47,938 nt of DNA from Eubacteriales bacterium (GTDB taxonomy: Bacteria > Bacillota > Clostridia > Oscillospirales > CAG-272). Where the stretch lies: contig JAZNFP010000054.1 of the NCBI GenBank assembly GCA_045576095.1, positions 1 through 47,938 of the forward strand, written 5' to 3'. Every line of letters begins with the position of its first letter. Position 1 is the first letter of the stretch. The notes beneath the pieces were generated by a model. The model ran no database searches, was not told where the DNA came from, and saw only the letters and a list, made by a program, of their open reading frames with translations. A program made the position numbers and the translations under genes. Below, one piece after another: positions 35,650 to 44,888 of this stretch.

Positions 35650-36143
35650 GATCGACACACAAAAGAAATATTCGCCTGGCAACGGCGGCAACCCTGACGG
35701 CGGCGGCGCTGATCCTCTCTTACCTTGAGGCGGTGCTCGGCTTTCTGATTCCGATCCCCGGCGTCAAGCTCGGGCTTGCCAATCTCGCAACCCTTCTCCT
35801 TCTTTATACCTACGGTGTCTCCTATGCGGCGGTCGTTTCGGTCCTTCGCATCTGCCTTGCGGCTCTGCTCTTCGGCTCGCCCTTCTCGCTGCTTTACTCG
35901 CTTGTCGGAGGCGTGCTTGCCTTCCTCGGAATGCTCCTGCTAAGGCGGCTTTCCTTCTCGCCGATCTCCGCGTCAACCCTTGGCGGAATGCTGCACGTGA
36001 TCGGTCAGCTCGGCGTTGCCTGCCTTGTGACCGAAACACCCCGACTTCTCTACTATCTTCCGGTTCTCGTTGCCGCGGGATTCCTCACGGGAATTGCCAT
36101 TGGTGCTCTCGCTGTGCGGCTTATCCCCAGAATGCCGAAATAG
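35646..36143 (+). CDS. Gx transporter family / heptaprenyl diphosphate synthase component I-like protein (EetB-like)
   Basis: ALILSYLE, PIPGVKLGLAN, H.IGQL, YYLP.L...G..TG. Confidence 0.88.
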   Translation: MRSTHKRNIRLATAATLTAAALILSYLEAVLGFLIPIPGVKLGLANLATLLLLYTYGVSYAAVVSVLRICLAALLFGSPFSLLYSLVGGVLAFLGMLLLRRLSFSPISASTLGGMLHVIGQLGVACLVTETPRLLYYLPVLVAAGFLTGIAIGALAVRLIPRMPK

Positions 36144-36250
36144 CATCTCCGAAATTTTGCTTTTTTCACAATTTTCCCTTGCATTTTTAAGCAAAATATG
36201 CTATTCTATTCACGACGATGAAAACAGAACAGATTTGGAGGTTTTCCGAT

Positions 36251-37540
36251 ATGAACGTACAGATCCATTTTGATCAGGAGATTGGAAAAATCCGCCCGAT
36301 GCAGGCGGTCAACAACGGTCCGAGCCGCTCGACCTTCCACGACTATGCGGCGGCGGGGATCCCCTTTGCCAGAACGCACGATGCCTCCTTCGCTCCTGCC
36401 TACGGCGGACCGCATACGATCGACGTGATGGAGATCTTCCGCGACTTTGATGCCGATCCCGACGATCCCGCGGCTTACGATTTCGTACATACCGACGAGT
36501 ATATCCTTCGTACGCTCAAGGCAGGAACCGAGATCTTCTACCGCCTCGGGCACCGTATCGAGCATGAGACGAAAAAATACGGAACGATTCCGCCGAAGGA
36601 TAATCAGAAGTGGGCGGTAATCTGCGAGCATATTATCCGCCATTTAAACGAGGGCTGGGCCGACGGTCATCACCTCGGTATCCGCTACTGGGAGATCTGG
36701 AACGAGCCGGATCTTGATCCCGACGACGCGCAGAACAAGCGCACATGGGGCGGTACGCAGGCAGAGTTCTTTGAGTTCTACAAGGTTGCCGCAAAGTACC
36801 TCAAGGGTCGCTTCCCCGATCTTTTGATCGGCGGTCCCGCCGTCTCGTCGCTCAAGCCCTGGTGCGAGGAGTTTCTCGCTTACTGCAAGGAAAACGATGT
36901 GCCGCTCGATTTCTTCTCCTGGCATATCTACGCCCACCGTCCGACCAAGATCGTTGAGTATGCAAAAACCGCGCGCGCGATGCTCGATCGGTACGGCTTC
37001 ACCAAAGCCGAGAGCATCTGCAACGAATGGAACTACGTCCTTGATTGGCGGATCAACTTCCGCTATACCACCGACACGATCCGCAACGTGAAGGGCGCCG
37101 CCTTCGTTGCCGACGTCATGCTCCGCTCTCAAGCAGTGGGATGCGTCGATATGCTGATGTATTACGATGCAAGAACGAATACGATTTGGAACGGACTGTT
37201 CGATTTCTATCATGAGGGTCCGCTCAAGCCTTACTTCGTGTTCCCCATGTTCTCAAGCCTCTACCGACTCGGACGCGAGGTCAAAATCTCCTCTGACGAC
37301 GACAGCGTTTCGGCGGTCGGCGCGATCGGGGAGAAGGAGGGGGCCGTGATGCTCGCCTACTACTGCCATGACGACGGTCTCAACGAAGACAAGCGCGTTT
37401 CGCTTGAGGCCTTTGGTACGTCTCTGTCGCCCGAGTATCTCCTGCGCCTTGACGACTCGCACGACGCAACGATGGAGCTATATACCGGCGGCGATATCGT
37501 TCTCCGCCCCAACAGCGCGATCCTCGTGAAATTCAAATAA
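36251..37540 (+). CDS. Glycoside hydrolase, GH39-like (clan GH-A), cytoplasmic
   Basis: R.HD, WEIWNEPD acid/base, IGGPA, LDFFSWH.Y, NEWN nucleophile; promoter TTGCAT-17-TATTCT (36179-36207). Confidence 0.82.
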   Translation: MNVQIHFDQEIGKIRPMQAVNNGPSRSTFHDYAAAGIPFARTHDASFAPAYGGPHTIDVMEIFRDFDADPDDPAAYDFVHTDEYILRTLKAGTEIFYRLGHRIEHETKKYGTIPPKDNQKWAVICEHIIRHLNEGWADGHHLGIRYWEIWNEPDLDPDDAQNKRTWGGTQAEFFEFYKVAAKYLKGRFPDLLIGGPAVSSLKPWCEEFLAYCKENDVPLDFFSWHIYAHRPTKIVEYAKTARAMLDRYGFTKAESICNEWNYVLDWRINFRYTTDTIRNVKGAAFVADVMLRSQAVGCVDMLMYYDARTNTIWNGLFDFYHEGPLKPYFVFPMFSSLYRLGREVKISSDDDSVSAVGAIGEKEGAVMLAYYCHDDGLNEDKRVSLEAFGTSLSPEYLLRLDDSHDATMELYTGGDIVLRPNSAILVKFK

Positions 37541-37550
37541 GATTCATTCA

Positions 37551-37599
37551 AAAAAAGGTCATCCCCCATGCGTGCCGCGCATGGGGGATGACCTTTTTT
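37551..37599. terminator. Bidirectional intrinsic terminator
   Basis: AAAAAAGGTCATCCCCCATGCG...CGCATGGGGGATGACCTTTTTT. Confidence 0.88.
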
Positions 37600-37692
37600 C
37601 CCCCGTCTTGCCCTCGGAACACACTTTTTTGCATAAACGGTCAGAAACGGGAAAGAATGATTTTGCAACCAAAAAAAGAAAGGAATGCAACC

Positions 37693-38982
37693 ATGAAAAC
37701 CATCAAAACCCGCCTTGTTTGCGCGGCGGCGATCCTTTCGCTCGTCACTCCTCTTTCGCTCTCTGTGACAAGCGCCCAAAGAGAGCCTCTTTCGATCGGA
37801 GTGCTGGCGCCGTCAAGCGAGCTCGTCAAGGGTGGACTTCGCGGACGCGCCGTCGTTTTCTCTCCGACCGATTTTGACGCGGCGCTGGGGGTGCACGGAA
37901 TCCGCGCGATCGAGATCACCTCGCTTCCGAAGCCCGAGGAGGGGCGCCTGACGCTCGGGGAGACCGCCGTTTGTGAGGGGCAGAGAATCTCGCGCCGCGA
38001 GCTCTCGTCGCTGACCTTTACGCCTGCGGTACCGACCCTGACCGAATGCGGCTTCACCTTCAAGGCAGACGGCGTCGGCATCGGGGAATCAAAGTGCATC
38101 ATCCGCTTTGCCGAGGAAATGAACTATTCACCGAGCGTTACGCATCTGACCTCTGCCCTGCTCTCGGCATCAACTCAAACGGGGCTTTCGGCATCGGGGC
38201 GCCTTTCGGCATACGACCCCGAGGGAGATGCCCTCACCTATCTCATCACCGAATATCCGAAGCACGGCGCGCTTCTTTTAACCGATGCCGAGGCAGGAAC
38301 CTACCGTTATCTCCCAAGCGAGGGGTATACGGGAGAGGACAGCTTCTCGTACGTCGCGCGTGACTACTACGGAAACTATTCCAAGGAAGCGACGGTTTCG
38401 GTAACCGTCTCAAGGCGCGCTCTCGAGCACACCTACGCCGATATGGAGAAGGACGGCACCTACGCCGCCGCGCTTTCGCTTGAGGCAAAGGAGATCATGC
38501 AAAGCGAGCTGGTGGGGGATCAAAGATACTTCCATCCGAACCGCGAGGTCACCATCACCGATTTCCTCGTCATGGTCATGAAGGCAGCGGGCATCCGTCC
38601 GCTCTCGCGCGATACCTTCTTCGACAACAACGACGAGATCCCGATCGCACAGCGCGGATATATCGCACGCGCACAGCGCGAGGGGTACGTGATCGGCGAG
38701 CTCCTTGATGGGGGTCTGGTGCTTGACGTGACGAAAACCGTCACGCGAGCCGATGCCGCCGTGATCGTCTCCAAAATTCTCGATTCGACAAGAGAGCCGT
38801 CTGCGCTTTCGGTCTTTGCCGATGCCGATGCGATTCCCGCACGCGCCGAGGCTGCCGTTTACACCGCCTACGAGCTCGGACTGCTCACCCTCACCGAAAG
38901 CGGAGGGATTGATGCAACCGCCCCTCTCACCCGAGGAGACGCCGCCGAGATGCTCTCGAATCTGATGGCGTATCTCTCCTGA
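37693..38982 (+). CDS. Secreted Ig-like/cadherin-like (Big_9) plus S-layer homology domain protein
   Basis: Signal peptide; DPEGDALTY...P.HG...Y.P...Y.G.DSFSY; SLH remnants (F.P...VT..DFL, TRADAA, LTRGDAAEML). Confidence 0.82.
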   Translation: MKTIKTRLVCAAAILSLVTPLSLSVTSAQREPLSIGVLAPSSELVKGGLRGRAVVFSPTDFDAALGVHGIRAIEITSLPKPEEGRLTLGETAVCEGQRISRRELSSLTFTPAVPTLTECGFTFKADGVGIGESKCIIRFAEEMNYSPSVTHLTSALLSASTQTGLSASGRLSAYDPEGDALTYLITEYPKHGALLLTDAEAGTYRYLPSEGYTGEDSFSYVARDYYGNYSKEATVSVTVSRRALEHTYADMEKDGTYAAALSLEAKEIMQSELVGDQRYFHPNREVTITDFLVMVMKAAGIRPLSRDTFFDNNDEIPIAQRGYIARAQREGYVIGELLDGGLVLDVTKTVTRADAAVIVSKILDSTREPSALSVFADADAIPARAEAAVYTAYELGLLTLTESGGIDATAPLTRGDAAEMLSNLMAYLS

Positions 38983-39001
38983 TCAAGAAACGAAAAGGCG
39001 G

Positions 39002-39042
39002 CTGTCTCAAATGCAAATTCGCTTTTGAGACACCTGCTTTTC
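39002..39042. repeat. Copy 2 of the CTGTCTCAAATGCAA...TTGAGACA hairpin, probably acting as a terminator between convergent genes
   Basis: Shares CTGTCTCAAATGCAA(A)TTCGC..TTGAGACA with 18198-18227. Confidence 0.7.
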
Positions 39043-39066
39043 TATTTTAAGTGATGCTTAATCCGA

Positions 39067-40719
39067 TCATTCTGCCGAGATCAGGAAGTCGTACAGCGGC
39101 TGACCGCCCTCGACGACGAGAATCTCGACGCTATCGCCGAGCTCGGCTACAAGCAGCTCCTCAATCGCGGATGCGTACTCATCCGAGACGTCAGAACCCC
39201 TGAAGACCGTCAGGAAGCTTGCGTCGCGCATATAATCGCACAAACCGCGGATGCACTCGGCGTTGCTCATATCGTGGCAACGGATCTTGCCCTTCACAAG
39301 TCCGAGCGCCTCGCCTGCCTTGACCGCCTCACCCGAGACGACCGAATCACGCACTGCATGGGTAAGCGAGATGGATACGACCGATTCACGGGCGGCGTTC
39401 ATCGCCTCCACGTTGACCGAAAGCTCGGCATCGGGATCGAACGCCATCATGACGGCGGTTCCCTCCTGAATCGAATGGGTAGGAATCACGACGACCTGCT
39501 TCTTCTTCTCGATCAAAGCGGCCTGCTGGGCAACCATGCAGATGTTCTTGTTGTTCGGGAGAACGAATACCACGCGGCTCGGCGTTTTGGCGATCGCCGC
39601 GAGAACGTCGCTGGTGCTGGGATTCATCGTTTGTCCCCCGACGACGATCGAATCGGCGCCAAGATCACGGAACACGGTTGTGATCCCGTCTCCCGTACAG
39701 ACCGAAACGAAGCCGTACTCCTTCTCGGGCTTTGCCTCACGAACCTCCTCGGTCTTCTCGGGACGGCTCTTTTTCGGCTCGTCCTTGCCTGCGACAAGAC
39801 CGGTGTGCTGCTCGCGCATATTCTCGATCTTAACGGTAAAGAGCGAGCCGAACTTGAGTGCCTCGGAAAGCACCTTTCCGGGGTCGCAGGTATGCACGTG
39901 AAGCTTGATGATCTCCTCGTCGTCAACGAAAACGGCACTGTCGCCCGCGTTCAGAACGAACTCGCGCAGCGCACCTGCCGTCCCCTCGCCCTTGTACTCG
40001 TCGCTTTTGGTAACGATACACTCGGTGCAGTAGGGGAATACGATATCCTCGGTATTGAAGTTCTCGAACACCGCGCCCTCGCCTGCCGATGCCTTCTTCT
40101 TTTTGGCAACCGGCTTTCCCTTGAGGGCAAGGATCATGCCGCCGAGCACGACGACAAAGCCCATACCGCCCGCATCCACCACGCCCGCCTGCTTCAGCTG
40201 CGGAAGCATATCGGGGGTCTTTGCCAGCGTCTCCTTTGCCTTGCGGTGCAGGCGATCCATAAAGCCGTCGAGCGGAAGATTCCCCTTCTCGTCAACCAGA
40301 CGCTCCGCCTCCTCGGCGCAAACGCGCATAACGGTCAGAATGGTTCCCTCGGTGGGATTGGAAACGGCGCGGTACGCCTCGGTGGCTCCGCCGCGGAAGC
40401 CGCGCGCGAGATCGACCGTATCGGCCTTCTCAACCCCCTTCAGCGCCTTCCCCACTCCTCTGAAGAAAAGCGAGAGAATAACACCCGAGTTTCCTCTTGC
40501 CGAGCGGAGTGCGGCGCCGGCAATGGCGCTTGCCGCCTCGCCGATGCTCTCCTCCCCCTTCGACTCGGTAACGGTCGACAGGGTCATGCTCATGTTCAGT
40601 CCGGTATCCCCGTCGGGGACCGGAAAAACGTTCATGTCGTTGATCTTGCTCTGGTTGTTATCAAGGGCGTTTGCTGCCGAAACAACCATCGAGCGGAACT
40701 GTTTTCCCGTGATTTTCAT
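39067..40719 (-). CDS. fakA: DAK2 domain fatty acid kinase subunit A (YloV/FakA)
   Basis: INDMNVFPVPDGDTG.NM, ARGNSGVILS, EGTILTV, VVDAGG, YCTE, GGQTMNPST, GGQPLY. Confidence 0.93.
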   Translation of the reverse strand: MKITGKQFRSMVVSAANALDNNQSKINDMNVFPVPDGDTGLNMSMTLSTVTESKGEESIGEAASAIAGAALRSARGNSGVILSLFFRGVGKALKGVEKADTVDLARGFRGGATEAYRAVSNPTEGTILTVMRVCAEEAERLVDEKGNLPLDGFMDRLHRKAKETLAKTPDMLPQLKQAGVVDAGGMGFVVVLGGMILALKGKPVAKKKKASAGEGAVFENFNTEDIVFPYCTECIVTKSDEYKGEGTAGALREFVLNAGDSAVFVDDEEIIKLHVHTCDPGKVLSEALKFGSLFTVKIENMREQHTGLVAGKDEPKKSRPEKTEEVREAKPEKEYGFVSVCTGDGITTVFRDLGADSIVVGGQTMNPSTSDVLAAIAKTPSRVVFVLPNNKNICMVAQQAALIEKKKQVVVIPTHSIQEGTAVMMAFDPDAELSVNVEAMNAARESVVSISLTHAVRDSVVSGEAVKAGEALGLVKGKIRCHDMSNAECIRGLCDYMRDASFLTVFRGSDVSDEYASAIEELLVAELGDSVEILVVEGGQPLYDFLISAE

Positions 40720-40758
40720 AATAATCTCCAGGTTCTCTCCGTGTTCTCTTTGTTATAA

Positions 40759-41628
40759 TTATCTGTGCGTTCCAAGATAGAAAAGCGCAACCGTACCGGG
40801 GCCGGAATGCGTACCGATCACCGATCCGATATAGTCGATGACGATCTCCTTGACCGGGATCTCCTTTCGGATCAGATCGGCAAGGTATTCGGCATCGGCA
40901 AGACAGTCTCCGTGACTGATAAAGACGGTCTGAGTCTCGGGGGAAACGACCGTTTTCTTCATCTTCTCAAAGAGTGCCGCAAGCGACTTCTTACGTCCCC
41001 GCGCAATCTCCTTTTTGACGAGGTGTCCCTCGTCGTCCACGTGCATCACGGGCTTGATGCCGAGCGCCGTTCCGACGATGGCGGTGGTGGCGGAAACGCG
41101 GCCGCCGCGCTTTAAGAAGAAGAGATCATCCACCGTGAACCAATGGCAGGCGTGCGGAATCGCCTCATTCAAATAATCGCGAACCTCGTCAATCGACTTG
41201 CCCTCGTTTTTCTTCTGCACGGCAAGGTAAACGAGCATTCCGTGCCCAAGCGATGCCGCAAGGGTATCCACGACGACAATCCTGCGCTCGGGATACTTCT
41301 CGCGAAGATCCTCCGCGGCAAGCTCGGATGCGTGGAAGGTTGCCGAAAGGCCCGAGGAAAGTCCGACGTACAGGACGTCCTCCCCTGCCTTCAAAATCGC
41401 TTCAAACGCCTCGGTAAAGGCATCGACGTTAACCGCCGAGGTGGTTGCGCTGTAGCGCTGACGAAGCAGCGCGTATACGTCGGAGAGAGCAATCGTATTC
41501 CCATCGAGGGTCTCGTCTCCCTTCGAGCTTTTCATAATCGAATGAAGCGGAATCAGATCTACCCCAAGCTCCTCAACCATGCGAGGAGAGAGATCCGAGC
41601 CCGAGTCGGTTACAATACGGTACCCCAT
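40759..41628 (-). CDS. DegV family fatty acid-binding protein (FakB)
   Basis: IVTDSGSDL, TTSA, SSGLS.T, L.RGGR, IKP, IGTHSGPG; start at MGYRI with an RBS. Confidence 0.95.
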   Translation of the reverse strand: MGYRIVTDSGSDLSPRMVEELGVDLIPLHSIMKSSKGDETLDGNTIALSDVYALLRQRYSATTSAVNVDAFTEAFEAILKAGEDVLYVGLSSGLSATFHASELAAEDLREKYPERRIVVVDTLAASLGHGMLVYLAVQKKNEGKSIDEVRDYLNEAIPHACHWFTVDDLFFLKRGGRVSATTAIVGTALGIKPVMHVDDEGHLVKKEIARGRKKSLAALFEKMKKTVVSPETQTVFISHGDCLADAEYLADLIRKEIPVKEIVIDYIGSVIGTHSGPGTVALFYLGTHR

Positions 41629-41685
41629 GCGTAAATTCCTTTCCATATATCGATGAATCCCTCGATCCCATTCCGAGCCTCGGGG

Positions 41686-41740
41686 GTGAGTTAACAGCGT
41701 TAACCTCACGTATTATAGCACAATTCGGTAGTTTTGTCAA
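41686..41740 (-). promoter_or_regulatory. degV-fakA promoter with a palindromic operator over the start site
   Basis: TTGACA(41740-41735)-17-TATAAT(41717-41712); GTGAGTTAAC-agc-GTTAACCTCAC at 41686-41709. Confidence 0.75.
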
Positions 41741-41843
41741 CAGTTTTTTCGGTTTTTGCTTTCCGCTTTATCTGTTTTTTAAAACCACGTAGCGTATTTT
41801 CCGAAATTTCGACCGCCTCGGCTCGGCGACGAGTAAACGGCGG

Positions 41844-42416
41844 TCAGGAGAGGTCAAACTCGCGCGAAACAACCCGCTCGATCAGCGCAAAGGAGTCGTC
41901 GGTTTCGGGAAGCTCCCCGTTTGAGAGCATAAAGGAATAGCCGTAGAGCAACGCGCGGATCAGGCTGGTCTTTCGATGCGCCGCCTCCTCGGTCATCCCG
42001 GCGTCGGCAACGTACGCGTGAATGAGATGCATGGTACGCTCGCTGAGCTTGCCCATCAGCTGCCTTTGCGCGGGGGGCATCCCGCGATCGCCCGACATAA
42101 CGACGGAACGGAAGCTGGGATTGTCAACGAGAAAACGGATGTAGGCGATACAGATCCGCGTCAAGCAGCGCCGCACGTCGCGCTCCTCGGCGATGATCTC
42201 GCTCTGCACCTTATGCCAGGCGTCATGAATATAGCGTAAGATGGCGAGCAGAAGATCGTCCTTATTCTTAAAGTGACGATAGGGTGCAGCGCAGGAAAGA
42301 CCGCAATCGGCGGCAACGGCACGGAGCGAAAACGCCGAAACGCCATTTTCGCTGATGAGGCGAAGCCCCGAGAGAATCAGCCGCTCGCGGCTGTTCATTT
42401 TCGTTTTATCGCTCAT
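41844..42416 (-). CDS. TetR/AcrR family transcriptional regulator
   Basis: SLRAVAADCGLSCAAPYRHFKNKDDLL HTH. Confidence 0.95.
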   Translation of the reverse strand: MSDKTKMNSRERLILSGLRLISENGVSAFSLRAVAADCGLSCAAPYRHFKNKDDLLLAILRYIHDAWHKVQSEIIAEERDVRRCLTRICIAYIRFLVDNPSFRSVVMSGDRGMPPAQRQLMGKLSERTMHLIHAYVADAGMTEEAAHRKTSLIRALLYGYSFMLSNGELPETDDSFALIERVVSREFDLS

Positions 42417-43990
42417 TCGGTCTCTCCGTCGCGCAGGCGCTCAAGCGCTCGCATCTCCCGCGCCATCATAGCGGGAAGCTGGGAGGCGAGCACGCCGTAT
42501 TCCGAAAATTCCTCGGAGAGGCGGTCGCCCGCCGCGCCGTGGAGATAGACCGCAAGCGATGCGGCATCGTGTGCCGAAAGCCCTTGCGCGAGAAAGGCGG
42601 CAATCGAGCCTGCCAAAACGTCGCCGCTTCCCGCCTTCGAGAGCGCGGGGCTTCCGCTCGAGTTGATGGAAAGAGCACCGTCACCCGAAGCAATCACCGT
42701 TCCCGCTCCCTTTAAAACGACGGTTGCACGGCTCAGCTCGGCAAAACGGAGCGACGAGCCGATGCGGTCAGCCTGCACGTCGCCGACCGTCAGATCGTTA
42801 AGCCTTGCAAGCTCAAGAGGATGCGGCGTTAAAATGACGGTTCGCTTCGACGAGCCGAGACGGGAGAGGCTCTCGCTGTGGTGCATGGCAAGAGAGTTGA
42901 GTCCGTCGGCGTCAATGACAAGAGGCGCTCCGGGGCGGCTCATCAGCTCCCAGATCAGGCAGCAGAGCGAGTTTGACACCCCCGAGCCGGGACCGATGAG
43001 AATACAGCTCGATTTATCCGCCGCCTCATAGATCGCCTTGGTATGCTCGCGGTCAAGCCGATCAAGATCCTGCGTCGGCATGACGACAAGCTCGGGAAGC
43101 CGTGAAACGGCAAGGTCGGTCACCGATTCGTGCGAGGCAAGCGTTGCAAGTCCGATTCCCGAGCGAAGCGCCGCCTCGCTTGCGAGAACGGCCGCGCCGC
43201 GATAGGAGCGCGAGCCGGCGAGAACAAGCAATCTGCCATAGCTCCCCTTGTGCGTATTCGCAAGCCGCTTCGGCAAAAGGGTCGCGGCAAGCGCGGCGTC
43301 GAGCAAGCGGTCGTTCGAGGGGAACGCCCGCTCGATCCGAGCCAGATCAAGTCCGATGTCCGAGAGAACGATCTCTCCGCAATGGCCGCGCGCGGGATAG
43401 GCGTACATTCCGCGCTTGCCGACGGCAAAGCTAACGGTCAAATCTGCCGTAAAGCAGATCTCCCCAACTCTGCCGCTGTCGCCGTCAACGCCGGTCGGAA
43501 GATCCGCCGCCACCCGAAGCACCCCCTGCGGCAGCGAGGAGAGACGGCAAAGCAACGAGGCGATCTCCTCGGAGAGTGTCAGCCGTGCGCCGGTACCGAA
43601 AATGGCGTCCACCACCGACGCGGCACCGGACAGGCATCGGTCGAGCGCCTCGTCCGAGAGCTCGCCAAGCGGCGTGCTCTTTCCACCCGCACGGGCGTAA
43701 AGGGCGGCATAATAGAGGGTTGCCGCCGATTTATGACTCGCCGAAAGCACGTCAATGACCTCGGTCGCATATCCTCGCTCGGCGAGAAAAAGTGCCGCGG
43801 CATATCCGTCGCCGCCGTTGTTGCCGGGACCCGCCAGGATGACAATCCTTGATTTTTCGGGAAGCCTTGCCGAAATCGCATCGGCAAGCGCGCGACCTGC
43901 ATTCCCCATCAGGCGAATAACGGGGATCCTCAACTCGCGTGCTGCGTATGCATCAATCTTGGAAATGCATGACGGTACGGTCAAATACAT
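42413..43990 (-). CDS. nnr: Bifunctional NAD(P)HX epimerase/dehydratase (NnrE-NnrD)
   Basis: LMGNAG, GPGNNGGDG, DAIFGTG, DLPTG; HKGSYG, DADGLN, LTPH..E, KG..T, GSGDVLAG; promoter TTGCAA-17-TAGAAT (44049-44021). Confidence 0.95.
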   Translation of the reverse strand: MYLTVPSCISKIDAYAARELRIPVIRLMGNAGRALADAISARLPEKSRIVILAGPGNNGGDGYAAALFLAERGYATEVIDVLSASHKSAATLYYAALYARAGGKSTPLGELSDEALDRCLSGAASVVDAIFGTGARLTLSEEIASLLCRLSSLPQGVLRVAADLPTGVDGDSGRVGEICFTADLTVSFAVGKRGMYAYPARGHCGEIVLSDIGLDLARIERAFPSNDRLLDAALAATLLPKRLANTHKGSYGRLLVLAGSRSYRGAAVLASEAALRSGIGLATLASHESVTDLAVSRLPELVVMPTQDLDRLDREHTKAIYEAADKSSCILIGPGSGVSNSLCCLIWELMSRPGAPLVIDADGLNSLAMHHSESLSRLGSSKRTVILTPHPLELARLNDLTVGDVQADRIGSSLRFAELSRATVVLKGAGTVIASGDGALSINSSGSPALSKAGSGDVLAGSIAAFLAQGLSAHDAASLAVYLHGAAGDRLSEEFSEYGVLASQLPAMMAREMRALERLRDGETE

Positions 43991-44182
43991 GATGTGCCTC
44001 CAATTGGTCTTTCTGCCTATATTCTATCACAGTCTTGCCATTCTTGCAAGCAAAAAACGCCCGTCTTTGAAAAAATGTACGAATTGCCCTCTTTACACCG
44101 CAAAAATTTTGTGCTATACTATACTCAAGTAAAGCAAATTTCGTCAGGATCGGTGCCGCGCGCACCGAGGAAAGGAACCGTT

Positions 44183-44812
44183 ATGTCTAAAAACATTGCC
44201 ATTACCATTGCACGTCAGTACGGTAGCGGCGGCCGAGAGATCGGTGAGCGCGTTGCCGCGAAGCTCAACATCAAGCATTACGACGAGGAGCTGATTACCA
44301 TGGCGGCAAGCGAGGGCAATCTCGACTCCGAGGTTGCAACCAAGGCTGACGAGTCTGCCGCAAACAGCCTGCTTTATACGCTTGCGCTCGGCTCCAACCT
44401 CTTTGGATCGGCAATGAGCTTCGGGTACCGTCCGCCCCTCAACGACAAGCTCTTCCTTCTCCAATCCGACGTGATCCGCCGCGTTGCCGCCGAGGGAAGC
44501 TGCGTCGTGATCGGCCGCTGCGGTGACTACGTGCTCCGCGAGCATCCCTGCCGTCTTTCCATCTTTATTTACGGCGATACCGCGCACCGCAAGGAACGCA
44601 TCATGGCACGCCACCAGGGAACGACCGAGTCGCAGGCGCTCGATCTGATGAACAAAACCGACCGCCGCCGCTCCTCCTACTATAACTTTTATACGGGGAG
44701 CAAGTGGGGCAAATATGACAATTACCATCTTGCCGTCAACAGCAGCGTCCTCGGGATCGAGGGAACTGCCGAGCTGATTGCCGAGTTTGCCAAAAAGATG
44801 ATGGCGGAATAA
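44183..44812 (+). CDS. Cytidylate kinase-like family protein
   Basis: ITIARQYGSGG.EIG, VIGRC.D..L, D..R..YY..YT...WG....YHL..NSS.LG; promoter TTTACA-17-TATACT (44092-44120). Confidence 0.9.
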   Translation: MSKNIAITIARQYGSGGREIGERVAAKLNIKHYDEELITMAASEGNLDSEVATKADESAANSLLYTLALGSNLFGSAMSFGYRPPLNDKLFLLQSDVIRRVAAEGSCVVIGRCGDYVLREHPCRLSIFIYGDTAHRKERIMARHQGTTESQALDLMNKTDRRRSSYYNFYTGSKWGKYDNYHLAVNSSVLGIEGTAELIAEFAKKMMAE

Positions 44813-44888
44813 ATGTCTTCCTAAAAAAGCAGGGGCTGCTTCCTTTCGGCATAACCGAACGAAAAACGAAGAAAGCAGATGCTGCGCG

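Noticed and set aside
39274-40758. 494-aa plus-strand ORF
   Set aside because: Antisense shadow of fakA.
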